A stretch of 64,000 nt of DNA from an uncultured Candidatus Saccharibacteria bacterium (GTDB lineage: Bacteria > Patescibacteriota > Minisyncoccia > Minisyncoccales > Staskawiczbacteraceae), in contig CAZREI010000002.1 of the NCBI GenBank assembly GCA_964599285.1, forward strand, positions 9,955 through 73,954. Direction: 5' to 3'. Below, piece after piece: positions 10,057 through 20,239 of the stretch (positions are counted from its first letter, which is position 1; each line of letters opens with the position of its first letter). The translations under genes and the position numbers were made by a program. The notes beneath the pieces are model-generated. The model made no database searches and was not told where the DNA came from. It saw nothing but the letters and a program-made list of their open reading frames with translations.

Positions 10057-10689
10057 CTAACCCCTAATCTCCAGCAACGTTCCCCGGTGTCCCGGGACGG
10101 CTCCTTTCAATGCTATCACATTATTTTCTGCATCCACTTTTGCGACTATCAAATTTTTTACCGTTACTCTTTCAAATCCCATTCTTCCTGGCATTTTTCT
10201 TCCTTTGATGGTGTGCTGGGGAAATCGCTGGCCAATGGATCCTACGGTTCTTGCTTCGTGCTTTGCTCCGTGCGTAGCATTTCTGCCATGAAACCCATGC
10301 CGCTTTACTGCTCCTTGAAATCCTTTTCCTTTTGAAGTTCCGATAACCGTCACCTTGTCGCCCTCGGCAAATACTGCCACATTAATTTGGTCGCCCACTT
10401 TCACATTCTCATCGTTCCCCCTAAATTCCTTAATGTATTTATATTCTTTCCCTTTCATTGATTTACCAATTTTGCTTTTCTTCAATATTTTTTCCAAACC
10501 AATTTGAATAGCATCATAACCATCTTTGCCGTCTTTTTCTTTCTTGTCCGCCGTAGCTTTAGCGAGGGAGGAGGTTTTTTTCTGCAAAACCACGCAAGGC
10601 CCCGCTTCAACCAAAGTCACCGGAGTGATATTTCCTTTCGCGTCGAATAACTGGGACATGCCGATTTTTTTGCCGAGGATAAACTTCAT
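10057..10689 (-). CDS. rplC: 50S ribosomal protein L3
   Basis: GKKIGMSQ, SKGKGFQG, KMPGRMG. Confidence 0.98.
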   Translation of the reverse strand: MKFILGKKIGMSQLFDAKGNITPVTLVEAGPCVVLQKKTSSLAKATADKKEKDGKDGYDAIQIGLEKILKKSKIGKSMKGKEYKYIKEFRGNDENVKVGDQINVAVFAEGDKVTVIGTSKGKGFQGAVKRHGFHGRNATHGAKHEARTVGSIGQRFPQHTIKGRKMPGRMGFERVTVKNLIVAKVDAENNVIALKGAVPGHRGTLLEIRG

Positions 10690-10928
10690 GAATTTGGAGT
10701 AATCACGAATATACAAATACGATCAAATATACAAATATACTAATACGAACGAGTGTTACGATTTGTATATTCGTATATTATTTTAGATTCGTATATTCGT
10801 GATTACTCCTTTTATAAACAAATACCGGGCACTTCGCCCGGCCAATTCAAAACTATTGAATTTTTTGCGGACTTATCTCTTGATAATCAAGAGTAGTATC
10901 TCGTCTTTTTCAACGATTAATCAGTGTA

Positions 10929-11049
10929 CTATATCTTAATAGAAATATCAACCCCGTCGTTGCTTCGCCTCCTTCAAAACCCTCGGTTTTGAATAATTTC
11001 CTACACGGATGGGACACCAAGTGTCCCCTCCTACCCACCCCTCGAGTAG
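10929..11049 (-). mobile_element. structured scaffold plus displaced duplicate of the rpsJ 3' end
   Basis: 10929-10955 encodes GVDISIKI* like the rpsJ end; 10956-11049 resembles 19674-19781 and 58585-58659. Confidence 0.75.
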
Positions 11050-11427
11050 CTATATCTTAATAGATATATCTACTCCCGATGGTAAATTCAAGTCTCTTAG
11101 CGCTTCAATGATCTGTTCGTTCGGGCTTAGAATATCAATGATTCTTTTGTGGATTCTCATTTCAAATTGCTCGCGGGCGTTCTTGTGAACAAAGGTTGAT
11201 CGGTTGACCGTATACTTTAAAATTTCCGTTGGCAGTGGCACCGGTCCCACCACTTCAACGCCATGCCGATTGGCAATGTCAATAATCTGGCGCACCGAAT
11301 TGTCTATGATTTTGTGGTCATAGGCTTTCAGCTTGATGCGCAGTTTAGGCAAAGAAGCCACCGTTTGAACTGGCGCTTCTTTGGTTTCAACTTTTTTCCT
11401 GGTAACAGTTTTTTTTGCGACTACCAT
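11050..11427 (-). CDS. rpsJ: 30S ribosomal protein S10
   Basis: [22 protein letters not shown]. Confidence 0.97.
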   Translation of the reverse strand: MVVAKKTVTRKKVETKEAPVQTVASLPKLRIKLKAYDHKIIDNSVRQIIDIANRHGVEVVGPVPLPTEILKYTVNRSTFVHKNAREQFEMRIHKRIIDILSPNEQIIEALRDLNLPSGVDISIKI

Positions 11428-11494
11428 TATGTTGGATTTTCTGCGTGATTCCGCGTAAATTTCCGCGTTTTTCCGCGCCAAAAATCATCAAATA

Positions 11495-12688
11495 TTATTT
11501 GATGATTTTTGTGACCACTCCCGCTCCCACCGTCTTGCCTCCTTCGCGGATGGCAAACTTTGACTTTTCTTCCAAGGCAACCGGTACAATCAGTTTGACC
11601 GTCAAATTTACCGTATCTCCGGGCATAACCATTTCGGTTCCAGCTGGCAATACGACGTCTCCAGTAATATCGGAAGTTCTAATATACAGTTGTGGTTTGT
11701 ATCCGGTGAAAAATGGAGTGTGCCTTCCGCCTTCGTCTTTGCTTAATACATATACTTCGCCTTCAAATTCGGTGTGAGGAGTAATAGATCCTGGTTTTGC
11801 CAGCACCTGACCGCGTTCAATGTCTTCTTTTTTCAAACCGCGAAGCAAAATTCCCACATTGTCGCCAGCTTGTCCCTGGTCAAGGCTTTTTTGGAACATT
11901 TCAACCGAAACCACCACCGTTTTTTGCGTTGGCCGAATTCCTACCACTTCCACTTCATCGTTTTGTTTTATCACTCCCCTTTCAATTCTGCCGGTAGCAA
12001 CCGTTCCCCTGCCTTCAATAGAAAACACGTCTTCAATGGCCATGCAAAAAGGTTTATCCAGTTCGCGCACGGGTTCTGGAATGTAATTGTCGCAAGCATC
12101 AAGCAATTCTACAATTGGCTTGGCTGCTGGGTCATCCGCTGATGTGGCGCTTAAAGCTTTCAAAGCCGAGCCTCGGATAATCGGTGTTTGATCTCCTGGG
12201 TAGCCATATTTTTTCAATAATTCACGAACTTCTGATTCCACTAAATCCAAAATTTCCGGATCATCCACCATATCCACTTTATTCATAAACACTACAAGAC
12301 TTGGCAATCCAACCTGTCTTGCGAGCAAAATGTGTTCTTTGGTTTGAGGCATCGGTCCATCGGGTGCTGATACCAGCAAAATTCCACCGTCCATTTGGGC
12401 GGCTCCGGTAATCATGTTTTTAATATAGTCAGCGTGGCCCGGGCAATCAATTAACGCATAGTGCCTTTTGGGCGTTTCGCATTCCAAGTGAGTAATGGAA
12501 ATGGTCACCCCTCTTGCCTTTTCTTCAGGCGAGGCGTCAATTTTATCCACATCAGCTTCGGTTGCTTTAAAACCGCGCAATTTTGAAACTTTCATAATTG
12601 CGGCTGACAAAGTGGTTTTTCCATGGTCAACGTGACCGATGGTTCCGATGTTTACGTGAGGTTTTGTTCGCTCAAATTTATCTGCCAT
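11495..12688 (-). CDS. tuf: elongation factor Tu
   Basis: [21 protein letters not shown]. Confidence 0.99.
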   Translation of the reverse strand: MADKFERTKPHVNIGTIGHVDHGKTTLSAAIMKVSKLRGFKATEADVDKIDASPEEKARGVTISITHLECETPKRHYALIDCPGHADYIKNMITGAAQMDGGILLVSAPDGPMPQTKEHILLARQVGLPSLVVFMNKVDMVDDPEILDLVESEVRELLKKYGYPGDQTPIIRGSALKALSATSADDPAAKPIVELLDACDNYIPEPVRELDKPFCMAIEDVFSIEGRGTVATGRIERGVIKQNDEVEVVGIRPTQKTVVVSVEMFQKSLDQGQAGDNVGILLRGLKKEDIERGQVLAKPGSITPHTEFEGEVYVLSKDEGGRHTPFFTGYKPQLYIRTSDITGDVVLPAGTEMVMPGDTVNLTVKLIVPVALEEKSKFAIREGGKTVGAGVVTKIIK

Positions 12689-12861
12689 TTGTATTTAGGT
12701 TATAGCTTTTAGTTTATAGGTTATAGAATTTCTATAAGCTATAAGCTAGAACCTGTAAGCTAATTAGATTTTATTTATACTAATAATACTATTACACTAC
12801 ATTAAATAAGTCAATGATTTTAACATAAAAAGACGCGACAGGGCGCCTCTTATCAAAAACG

Positions 12862-13149
12862 CTACTGAATTTCCAGCGCTTCCTCAAGCTTTTTCACTCT
12901 CGGCCGAAGATCAGAAATACCTTCTAACTTCACTTCAACATTCTTAAGCCTTTCGTCTATTTTTTCAACCTTAACTTCAACGTTTTTCAATCTATCTTCT
13001 ACTTTTTCAAGCTGAACCTTTGTTGCTACGTTATCAAAACTATCTTTTACCATTTTAGCGGTAGGAAAAGTCTCTTCCATTACTTTGGTAGTAGGAAAAA
13101 TCTCTTTCATCGCCTCAATTATTTTTTTTACATCTTTCTCGTCTATCAT
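12862..13149 (-). CDS. hypothetical coiled-coil protein with internal repeats
   Basis: FPTxK twice and RLKNVEVK twice; apparent operon with the next ORF. Confidence 0.6.
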   Translation of the reverse strand: MIDEKDVKKIIEAMKEIFPTTKVMEETFPTAKMVKDSFDNVATKVQLEKVEDRLKNVEVKVEKIDERLKNVEVKLEGISDLRPRVKKLEEALEIQ

Positions 13150-13153
13150 ATTT

Positions 13154-13336
13154 TTATATTTCTTTTTTCTCTTCTTTAATAATGTTATGATTTTTTAGAA
13201 ATTCCACAAGTGGCACATTACAATCTTTGCAAAATTCGTAGTGATCGTAGGCAAACCGCACGGTAGTCCAACCACTTCTATACTTTTCTTCAATTTCTTT
13301 TTTACAAATATCACATTTTGTAACCATCATATGCAT
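13154..13336 (-). CDS. small CxxC...CxxC zinc-finger-like protein
   Basis: CDIC..FCKDC; minus-strand TTGACA..TATAAT at 13340-13366. Confidence 0.6.
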   Translation of the reverse strand: MHMMVTKCDICKKEIEEKYRSGWTTVRFAYDHYEFCKDCNVPLVEFLKNHNIIKEEKKEI

Positions 13337-13450
13337 CCATTATAGTCGGCCAGAGAAGTCTGTCAAATTTGACGGAAAAACTTTTTGGTGCTAAATTATC
13401 AATAGCTGTTTGACATATCGACTTTTCCTCTTTTCACGGGAGAACAGTTC

Positions 13451-13810
13451 ATGACTCAGGAAAATCGTAGGGTTATTAGAGATACGGTTTTCGGCCTTCT
13501 GCGACAACGCCTAGAAAAGCGAGAAAAGATCATTGCGAAATCATGGGAATATTTGAAAGTGAAAGGTATTCCCAGAGAAGAGTTTGAAGAATGGTGGCGA
13601 GAAAGGTTTCCCTCTTGCCCAAAATGCGGATTCGGTTGCAGTTCAACTTTTATGCATTGTCCTGAATGCGGTACCCGATTGCCCCTTCCCAAAACCATTG
13701 AACAGCTCGACGACAGAGAAGAGGAAATGGTTGGATACAGCCACATTGCTCACCACCTCCAAAAAGCAGACGGTTTAAACTTCTGCGTAGATTGTGGCAA
13801 AAAACTTTGA
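13451..13810 (+). CDS. zinc-ribbon protein in an antisense cassette between fusA and tuf
   Basis: CPKCG, CPECG, CVDCG; TTGACG-17-TAAATT promoter; terminator 13822-13850. Confidence 0.72.
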   Translation: MTQENRRVIRDTVFGLLRQRLEKREKIIAKSWEYLKVKGIPREEFEEWWRERFPSCPKCGFGCSSTFMHCPECGTRLPLPKTIEQLDDREEEMVGYSHIAHHLQKADGLNFCVDCGKKL

Positions 13811-13944
13811 CCTTCGTACATGCCCGGCTGGATTTCCGTCGGGCTTTTTTATTGTAAGACTCTGGATTGCCACGTCTCCGACTACGGTCGGGACTCGCAA
13901 TGACGACGTTATTCGTAATTCGATAAAATTCGTAATTCGTAGGA

Positions 13945-16020
13945 TTACTTTGTCTTCCCTTCGATTATTTGTTGCGCGACATTTGAAGGCACTTGTTCAT
14001 ATGAATTAAATTCCATGGTAAATGACGCTCGTCCTTCCGTTAGAGAGCGAAGGGCCGTCGCGTATCCAAACATTTCTGACAATGGCACCATGGCGTCCAG
14101 TACCTTCATGCCAACGCGCTCATGAGTTTGCTCAATTTTTCCACGCCTTGAATTTAAGTCAGATATAACCGGACCAAAAAATGCTTCGGGAGTGATGACT
14201 TCCGTTTTCATGATTGGCTCCAAAATGACTGGCTTGGCTTTTTTGGCGCCAGCTTGCACGGCCATACTTCCTGCAATTTTAAAAGCAAATTCTGAAGAGT
14301 CAACATCGTGGAAAGACCCGTCATACAGCGTAACTTGCACGTCCACCATGGGGTAACCGGCAATAATTCCCTTGTCTAGCGCTTCAATAATTCCCTTTTC
14401 GGTTGGCTTGATAAATTCTTTGGGAATGGCGCCTCCTTTAATTTCATCCACAAATTCAAAACCCTTGCCCCGTTCCAGCGGCTTTAATCTAATCAACACG
14501 TGGCCGTATTGGCCTTTGCCTCCGGACTGGCGCACATATTTTTCTTCAGCTTCTGATTCGCCGGTGATGGTTTCCTTGTAAGCCACCTGCGGCCGGCCAA
14601 AGTTTGCGTCCACGTTAAACTCGCGCCGCAGCCTATCCTGAATAATATCCAAATGCAATTCCCCCATGCCAGAAATAATGGTTTCGCCCGTTTCAATATC
14701 TTCTTTAATTCTAAAGGTTGGGTCTTCTTGTGTCAGTTTTCTGATAGAAGCAATTAACTTTTCCTGGTCGGCTTTGGTTTTTGGCTCCACGCGCATGCTG
14801 ATGACCGGTTCAGGGAAGGAAATTTTTTCCAAAACCACCGGCTTGTCTTTGTCGCACAATGTGTGGCCGGTTGAAGTATCTTTTAAACCAACTGTGGCGC
14901 CAATTTCGCCGGCATACAGCACATCTAATTCTTCGCGGCTGTTTGACTTCATGCGCAAAATTCGGGCGATTCTTTCCTGCTCGCCGGTTACGGAATTTAA
15001 TACATACGTGCCTTTATTTAAGGTGCCAGAATACACTCTAAAAAACGTCAGCTGGCCGACAAAAGGATCCGTGGCAACTTTAAATACCAGCGCGGCAAAG
15101 GGTTCTGAATCAGAAAATTTCCGTTCAATTTCTGCGCCGGTTTTAGGATCCGTGCCCTTGACCATGCCAATATCGGCTGGCGATGGCAGGTAATCTATGA
15201 CGGCGTCCAAAATAAATTGTGTGCCCTTATTTTTCAAAGCTGAACCGCAAAATACCGGCACCAGTTTGAAAGCCAAACAAGCTTTTCGCATCGCTACCAT
15301 TAATTCCTCGTTGGAAATTTCTTCGCCTCCCAGCAATTTGTTGGTTAAGGTATCGTCTTCGCCGGCAATTCGGTCCACCATTTTTTCGCGCCAAGCTTTG
15401 GCTTTTTCCATCATATCAGCGGGAATTTCGCGCTCTTCCACTTTTTCTCCTTTCTCACCTTCAAAATAAATAGCTTTCATTTTTAGCAAATCAATCACTG
15501 CCGATAAGTTTTCTTCTTCGCCGATGGGAATGGTCATAGCCACCGCGTTTTTGGTCAGTTTATCTAAAATACTTTGAAAAGATTTTTCAAAACTGCCACC
15601 CATTCTATCCAATTTATTGATAAAACAAACCCGAGGTGTGCCGTATTTATCAGCCTGGCGCCAGACGGTTTCCGATTGCGGTTCCACGCCAGCAACTCCG
15701 TCAAAAACCACCACCGCGCCGTCAAGTACGCGCAAAGATCGCTGCACTTCAGCCGTAAAATCAATGTGGCCAGGGGTGTCAATTAAGTTCATTTGGATTC
15801 CCTTCCAGTGCATGGTAATAGCGGCGGCGGTGATGGTAATTCCGCGCTCGCGTTCCTGTGGCATCCAATCCATCACGGTATCGCCCTCGTGCACTTCCCC
15901 AATTTTGTGCGAAACTCCGGTATAAAACAAAAGCCGCTCAGACACGGTAGTTTTACCAGCGTCTATGTGAGCGATAATTCCGAAGTTACGTAGTTTTTCT
16001 AATGGGTATTGACGAGACAT
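13945..16020 (-). CDS. fusA: elongation factor G
   Basis: [24 protein letters not shown]. Confidence 0.99.
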   Translation of the reverse strand: MSRQYPLEKLRNFGIIAHIDAGKTTVSERLLFYTGVSHKIGEVHEGDTVMDWMPQERERGITITAAAITMHWKGIQMNLIDTPGHIDFTAEVQRSLRVLDGAVVVFDGVAGVEPQSETVWRQADKYGTPRVCFINKLDRMGGSFEKSFQSILDKLTKNAVAMTIPIGEEENLSAVIDLLKMKAIYFEGEKGEKVEEREIPADMMEKAKAWREKMVDRIAGEDDTLTNKLLGGEEISNEELMVAMRKACLAFKLVPVFCGSALKNKGTQFILDAVIDYLPSPADIGMVKGTDPKTGAEIERKFSDSEPFAALVFKVATDPFVGQLTFFRVYSGTLNKGTYVLNSVTGEQERIARILRMKSNSREELDVLYAGEIGATVGLKDTSTGHTLCDKDKPVVLEKISFPEPVISMRVEPKTKADQEKLIASIRKLTQEDPTFRIKEDIETGETIISGMGELHLDIIQDRLRREFNVDANFGRPQVAYKETITGESEAEEKYVRQSGGKGQYGHVLIRLKPLERGKGFEFVDEIKGGAIPKEFIKPTEKGIIEALDKGIIAGYPMVDVQVTLYDGSFHDVDSSEFAFKIAGSMAVQAGAKKAKPVILEPIMKTEVITPEAFFGPVISDLNSRRGKIEQTHERVGMKVLDAMVPLSEMFGYATALRSLTEGRASFTMEFNSYEQVPSNVAQQIIEGKTK

Positions 16021-16088
16021 TGACAAATTATAGTTTATTGTTTATATTAAATATAGTTTCGAAACTATATTTTACTAGGAGGTGAGAC

Positions 16089-16307
16089 ATGTTTGAGTAT
16101 GCAGTTGTTCGTTTTGGTGCGTTCGAACCAGATGCAGCGGATGAGGTGGTGAAAACCGCGAACGCAAGGGCGCAAGATGGATGGCGCCTTGTATCTGTGT
16201 GCGCCGTCAAGCCCACCTCAACCTACTCATACGTCCTTCCGCAAGAGGGACAAGGTAGCACCGAAAAAGTACCCACAATCGCCGCTTTTTTCGAAAGGAA
16301 GAAGTAG
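16089..16307 (+). CDS. DUF4177-like small protein in an antisense cassette
   Basis: EY.VV..N..AQDGWRLVSV..FER pattern; AGGAGGTG SD; terminator 16326-16355. Confidence 0.68.
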   Translation: MFEYAVVRFGAFEPDAADEVVKTANARAQDGWRLVSVCAVKPTSTYSYVLPQEGQGSTEKVPTIAAFFERKK

Positions 16308-16353
16308 GAGGATTAACGAGCGAGGCGCCAACCCAAAAAGTTGGCGCATTTTT

Positions 16354-16614
16354 TTACCTGTAAATATCCTTCCGGTGACCAATTTCTACGAATACTGCTT
16401 CATCTTTACTTTCAAAACAATAAATAACTCTATACTCGCTTGTTAATCTTAAAGAATAAAATCCATTAAATTTTCCAGAAAGTTTTTTAACATGAAGGCG
16501 GGTGTCATGTTGGTCAGTTCTAAAAATATCTGTTTGCCGCAGGAGTAATTCTTTTATTTTCAGGGGCAAATTACTTGCATCTTTTAAAAAAGATTTTCTT
16601 AAAACAACTTTCAT
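16354..16614 (-). CDS. RelE/ParE-family toxin
   Basis: KKLSG..YSLRL..EYRVIY, ends IGHRKDIYR. Confidence 0.88.
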   Translation of the reverse strand: MKVVLRKSFLKDASNLPLKIKELLLRQTDIFRTDQHDTRLHVKKLSGKFNGFYSLRLTSEYRVIYCFESKDEAVFVEIGHRKDIYR

Positions 16615-16958
16615 TTTGAAATAAGCTTTAGGAAATCTCTTTTATTGGTATAAACAACCGACCCACGCCTATCTTTTGCATTCTTTAAAACCCTTTTTAC
16701 AAAATTGGGATTATACTCACCCTCACGGTCAACACCACCACTTAAACGATACTTTTTCTTAACCTGTCCCATTGAATAAGTCCGTCCTGTTTTAACATCT
16801 TCTTGGCCCAACCTGATTTGCTTTATGGCCCAATTACTTAAAGCTTCTTTTTTACCTACTTTTTTGGTTTTTCTAGCGCCAGCTAAAACCAACCTTTTAA
16901 CAAAAGCTAAATCTTTTTCCAGTCTATTAATTTTTTTCTCTAAAAGTCTGTTGGTCAT
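16611..16958 (-). CDS. putative antitoxin
   Basis: ATGA overlap with the toxin; EDVKTGRTYS motif; TTGACT..TAAAAT promoter upstream. Confidence 0.7.
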   Translation of the reverse strand: MTNRLLEKKINRLEKDLAFVKRLVLAGARKTKKVGKKEALSNWAIKQIRLGQEDVKTGRTYSMGQVKKKYRLSGGVDREGEYNPNFVKRVLKNAKDRRGSVVYTNKRDFLKLISK

Positions 16959-16988
16959 GGACTTATTTTAGTGTATTCTTTGTGAAAG

Positions 16989-17048
16989 TCAATTTTGAGC
17001 AATAATTCCAAAGTTACGCATTTTTTCTATTGGACATTGTCTTGACAT
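16989..17048 (-). pseudogene. degenerate duplicate of the fusA 5' end
   Basis: MSRQCPIEKMRNFGIIAQN* versus fus[20 protein letters not shown]. Confidence 0.85.
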
Positions 17049-17122
17049 AAATATATTAAAAATATATGATTGGGACGTGTAATACTTCTCTCGCCTTTTG
17101 CTCTTACAAGAAGAGAAATCTT

Positions 17123-17380
17123 ATGGCGGAACGAATCTTTCCGAAAGGCGTGCGGACAAGGGGTAACGTAATCAAATTTCGAACGGAGGATGGAAAGGAA
17201 ATTTCCGAGTACGTCGAATTCCGAAAGAAGGAAGATGACGAAACGCTCATTGTCTTTTTAAGGGACACAAATCGTTATCTCACCCACAATCCCTTGAAGG
17301 ACGGAGACAAGTGGACATATCATTACGCACATCACGAGGTTCACAGAGAACTAGGTAGGGTGACAATCGTCACCGATTAG
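17123..17380 (+). CDS. orphan small protein in an antisense cassette downstream of rpsG
   Basis: TTGACA-17-TATGAT (17042-17070); terminator 17402-17432. Confidence 0.62.
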   Translation: MAERIFPKGVRTRGNVIKFRTEDGKEISEYVEFRKKEDDETLIVFLRDTNRYLTHNPLKDGDKWTYHYAHHEVHRELGRVTIVTD

Positions 17381-17441
17381 CCTCAAAAGGGCTGGATACA
17401 AACACGCGAAACGAATTTCGCGTGTCTTTTTTATCTCAAAA

Positions 17442-17906
17442 TTATCTTGCAAAGTGAGCAAATGCCTTGTTTGCCTCCGCCATCCTATGCGTATCGTTCT
17501 TTTTCTTCATCGCGTTGCCTTCGTTGTTTGAACAGGCAATCAATTCTTCGCTCAATTTAATGGCCATGCCTTTGCCTTTTTTATTTCTTGCGGCGTCTAA
17601 AATCCATTTAATCGCCAAGTCTAATTTCCGTTCTTGCCGAACTTCCATAGGAACTTGGTAGGTCGCTCCCCCAACTCGCTTTGGTTTTACTTCCAATAAC
17701 GGAGAAACGTTTTCAATAGCTTTGCCAAAAACCTCCAGTGGTTCTTTCTGGGTTTTTTCTTTTATAATATTAAAAGAATCGTACACAATTCTTTGTGCTA
17801 CGGTTTTTTTGCCGTCTTTCATTACCTTGTTAATCAGTTGGGCAACGACCAGGTCATTGTAGACCGAGTCGGGTGAAATTTTTCGTTTCTTAAATGCTCG
17901 TCGCAT
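17442..17906 (-). CDS. rpsG: 30S ribosomal protein S7
   Basis: [22 protein letters not shown]. Confidence 0.99.
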   Translation of the reverse strand: MRRAFKKRKISPDSVYNDLVVAQLINKVMKDGKKTVAQRIVYDSFNIIKEKTQKEPLEVFGKAIENVSPLLEVKPKRVGGATYQVPMEVRQERKLDLAIKWILDAARNKKGKGMAIKLSEELIACSNNEGNAMKKKNDTHRMAEANKAFAHFAR

Positions 17907-18014
17907 AATCCTTTGATATTTATTCGCCTTGGCGAATGATACTTAGAGATATTTGCGCGCCTCGCGCGCGATATTTTTCTAGTATCTATTAATATCCGTA
18001 ATATCTATTAATAT

Positions 18015-18425
18015 CTACTTTTTCAGTTTCGTTCCATACCTCGATCTTCCCTGCTTTCGGTTTTCTACTCCTGTCGTATCCAAAATGCCACGGACAATGT
18101 GGTATCTGACTCCGGGCAAGTCCTTTACCCTGCCGCCTCTGATTAATACCACGCTGTGTTCTTGCAAGTTGTGGCCTTCGCCAGGAATGTAGGCTGTCAC
18201 CTCCATACCGTTGGACAGTTTTACCCTGGCAACTTTACGCAAAGCCGAGTTTGGTTTTCTTGGCGTTTGGGTAAATACCTTAATGCACACGCCGCGCTTA
18301 AAGGGCGATGGGTAGTGTGATGGCCGGTTTTGCAAAGCATTAAAACCAAACTGCAAAGCCACGCCCTTCTTTTTGGCTTTAATGGATCTTCTGGGTTTTT
18401 TAATGAGTTGATGAATCGTAGGCAT
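18015..18425 (-). CDS. rpsL: 30S ribosomal protein S12
   Basis: [21 protein letters not shown]. Confidence 0.99.
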   Translation of the reverse strand: MPTIHQLIKKPRRSIKAKKKGVALQFGFNALQNRPSHYPSPFKRGVCIKVFTQTPRKPNSALRKVARVKLSNGMEVTAYIPGEGHNLQEHSVVLIRGGRVKDLPGVRYHIVRGILDTTGVENRKQGRSRYGTKLKK

Positions 18426-18659
18426 TTTCTTGGAGTAGTCACGAATATACAAATACGATCAAATATACAAATATACAAATGTGAAGATTGCTTCGGCGCT
18501 CCTCGCAATGACGGACGGAACGGATTTGTATATTGGTAAAATTTGTATATTATTTTAGATTTGTATATTAGTGATTACTCCTTCTAAAAAAGAATAAGCG
18601 CACTGCGCTCAATACCTGCAAGTCTATCAAAAAAAATAATGAGAGTCAATACTCGCGGG

Positions 18660-19283
18660 CTACATTCCCGTAATTACGTGGAACAACGAGTCGGTAACGG
18701 TCCCCAATCCTTGCAGGCCGCCAAAGAAAATGACAAAAATTAAAATGAAAATTCCGTATTGCTGCAAAAACATTTTTGCTTTTTGAAACTGGGTGGGAAT
18801 AAAGGTAAACAAAATCCATGATCCGTCCAGCGGAGGAATGGGCACCAGGTTAAAAAGAGCCAAGATAATATTAATGTGAACAATAAAAGAAAAAATAATC
18901 AGCAATCCGGAAAACGTCGCAAAAAAAGCTGGTGAAAACAGACGCATGGGCAGGCCAAACACCAGCGCCAGGGCAATGTTTGACAGGGGCCCGGCGATGG
19001 CGACTTTCAGCGACCCCCAAGCTTGGTCGCGAAAATTATAGGGATTAATGGGAACCGGCTTGGCCCAGCCTACCAAAATGGGGCTGCCGCTGATAAAAAG
19101 CAACAAAGGCAAGGCGATGGACCCGAAAAGATCCAAGTGCTTGATGGGGTTTAAGGTTAGCCGCCCTTGGTACTTTGCCGTCGGGTCGCCCAATGAATAA
19201 GCCACGTAGCCATGCGCCAGTTCGTGGATAATAACGGAAAATAACAGGACAACTAAGGAAAAGATGGTAATGATAATGTCCAT
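18660..19283 (-). CDS. site-2 protease (peptidase M50)
   Basis: HELAH, NLVPIPPLDG. Confidence 0.93.
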   Translation of the reverse strand: MDIIITIFSLVVLLFSVIIHELAHGYVAYSLGDPTAKYQGRLTLNPIKHLDLFGSIALPLLLFISGSPILVGWAKPVPINPYNFRDQAWGSLKVAIAGPLSNIALALVFGLPMRLFSPAFFATFSGLLIIFSFIVHINIILALFNLVPIPPLDGSWILFTFIPTQFQKAKMFLQQYGIFILIFVIFFGGLQGLGTVTDSLFHVITGM

Positions 19284-19333
19284 GGTTTATTTGTACTACA
19301 TATTGCAAAAAATAGAAAGATAAGATACTATGT

Positions 19334-19462
19334 AATTATTCTAATTGCTCTAATTGACCTAATTATTCTAAGGAATGTCTAATTTCTAAAACGAACGGTT
19401 TGCATATTTTGAAGTTGGGATTTATTTAGGTTAATTAGAATAATTAGGTTAATTAGAATAAT
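19334..19462. repeat. CTAATT/AATTAG microrepeat palindrome (family I; also 29966-30115)
   Basis: ctaattgctctaattgacctaattattcta versus ttaggttaattagaataattagg. Confidence 0.78.
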
Positions 19463-19470
19463 TTCAAAAC

Positions 19471-19659
19471 ATGGCTTCTAAAATTTGTTCAATCTGCGCC
19501 AAAAAATCTTCCATGGGATGGACGCTGGTCAAACTGCGCGGAAAATATAATCCCACCCAAAAAGTACGCAAGTACCCGAATTTGCAATGGACGCGCAATG
19601 CTTCAGGCGAGCGCGTACTCGCTTGCGCCAAATGCATTAAAGCTTTAGCAAAAGTTTAA
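19471..19659 (+). CDS. rpmB: 50S ribosomal protein L28
   Basis: CSICAK..PNLQ..ACAKCIK. Confidence 0.9.
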   Translation: MASKICSICAKKSSMGWTLVKLRGKYNPTQKVRKYPNLQWTRNASGERVLACAKCIKALAKV

Positions 19660-19808
19660 TGCATTTGCACAAAGGGGGTCGGGGAAATTGGGTATTTCCC
19701 CGTGAAGGAAAACAGCTTGCCGAAGGCAAGAGTTAGAAACCGTGGGTTTCTAAGGAGCTCGCCCCGCAGAGGGCGAGTGACAAATGGATTAAGGCAATGG
19801 CCAAGTAA
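19655..19808 (+). mobile_element. inverted target copy, structured scaffold and displaced duplicate of the rpmB 3' end
   Basis: 19782-19808 encodes KWIKAMAK* versus rpmB KCIKALAKV*; scaffold GGGGTCGGG..CCCGTG.AGGAA..AAACCGTGGGTTT. Confidence 0.78.
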
Positions 19809-19872
19809 CAACATTTGACAATTGCCTGTCCGCCAAAGCTTTAGCGGCGGCGGAACCACTGACATTTAACTG

Positions 19873-19908
19873 CAACAAAAAATCGCCTTTCGGCGGTTTT
19901 TTGTTGCT
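19873..19908. terminator. bidirectional intrinsic terminator
   Basis: gcaacaaaaaatcgcc tttc ggcggttttttgttgc. Confidence 0.75.
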
Positions 19909-20018
19909 CTGGGATCCTTTAAAATTTCTATGAAATTTTAAGTGGGTATCCTCATGTCCACGACCACAGTCGGAACGAATATTGGATTCCCTAATAAATG
20001 ATAATATAGAATATTATT

Positions 20019-20184
20019 GGGCTTACCAACTAAGTATTTTTCTACTGCAAATTAAATCTTTTGGTTGAAAATTTCCAAAAGCTTCGCGGCTTATCGACGT
20101 TGCTGATAAGCCTTGTCACTTTTGATAATTTTCAACTTCAAAATCTTTAATTTTCGTAACGAACAATACTTAGTTGGTAAGCCC
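20019..20184. mobile_element. MITE-like long foldback element
   Basis: perfect 20-bp inverted ends gggcttaccaactaagtatt / aatacttagttggtaagccc with further inner pairing. Confidence 0.65.
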
Positions 20185-20239
20185 CAGGAAATCTCAGAGC
20201 TACTTTCATTGTACTCCCCCTAAAAACCGTGTCAAGCTC

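Noticed and set aside
7173-18452. N-terminal extensions such as MYIRDYSK on rpsS, rplB, rplC and rpsL in the ORF track
   Set aside because: They are translations of the family B repeat arm; the conserved proteins start at the downstream ATG.
19674-19781. SRP RNA or RNase P RNA (the gtgaaggaaaacagc stretch and tandem hairpins)
   Set aside because: It lacks the SRP domain IV and RNase P consensus, and is better explained as the scaffold shared with 10956-11049 and 58585-58659.
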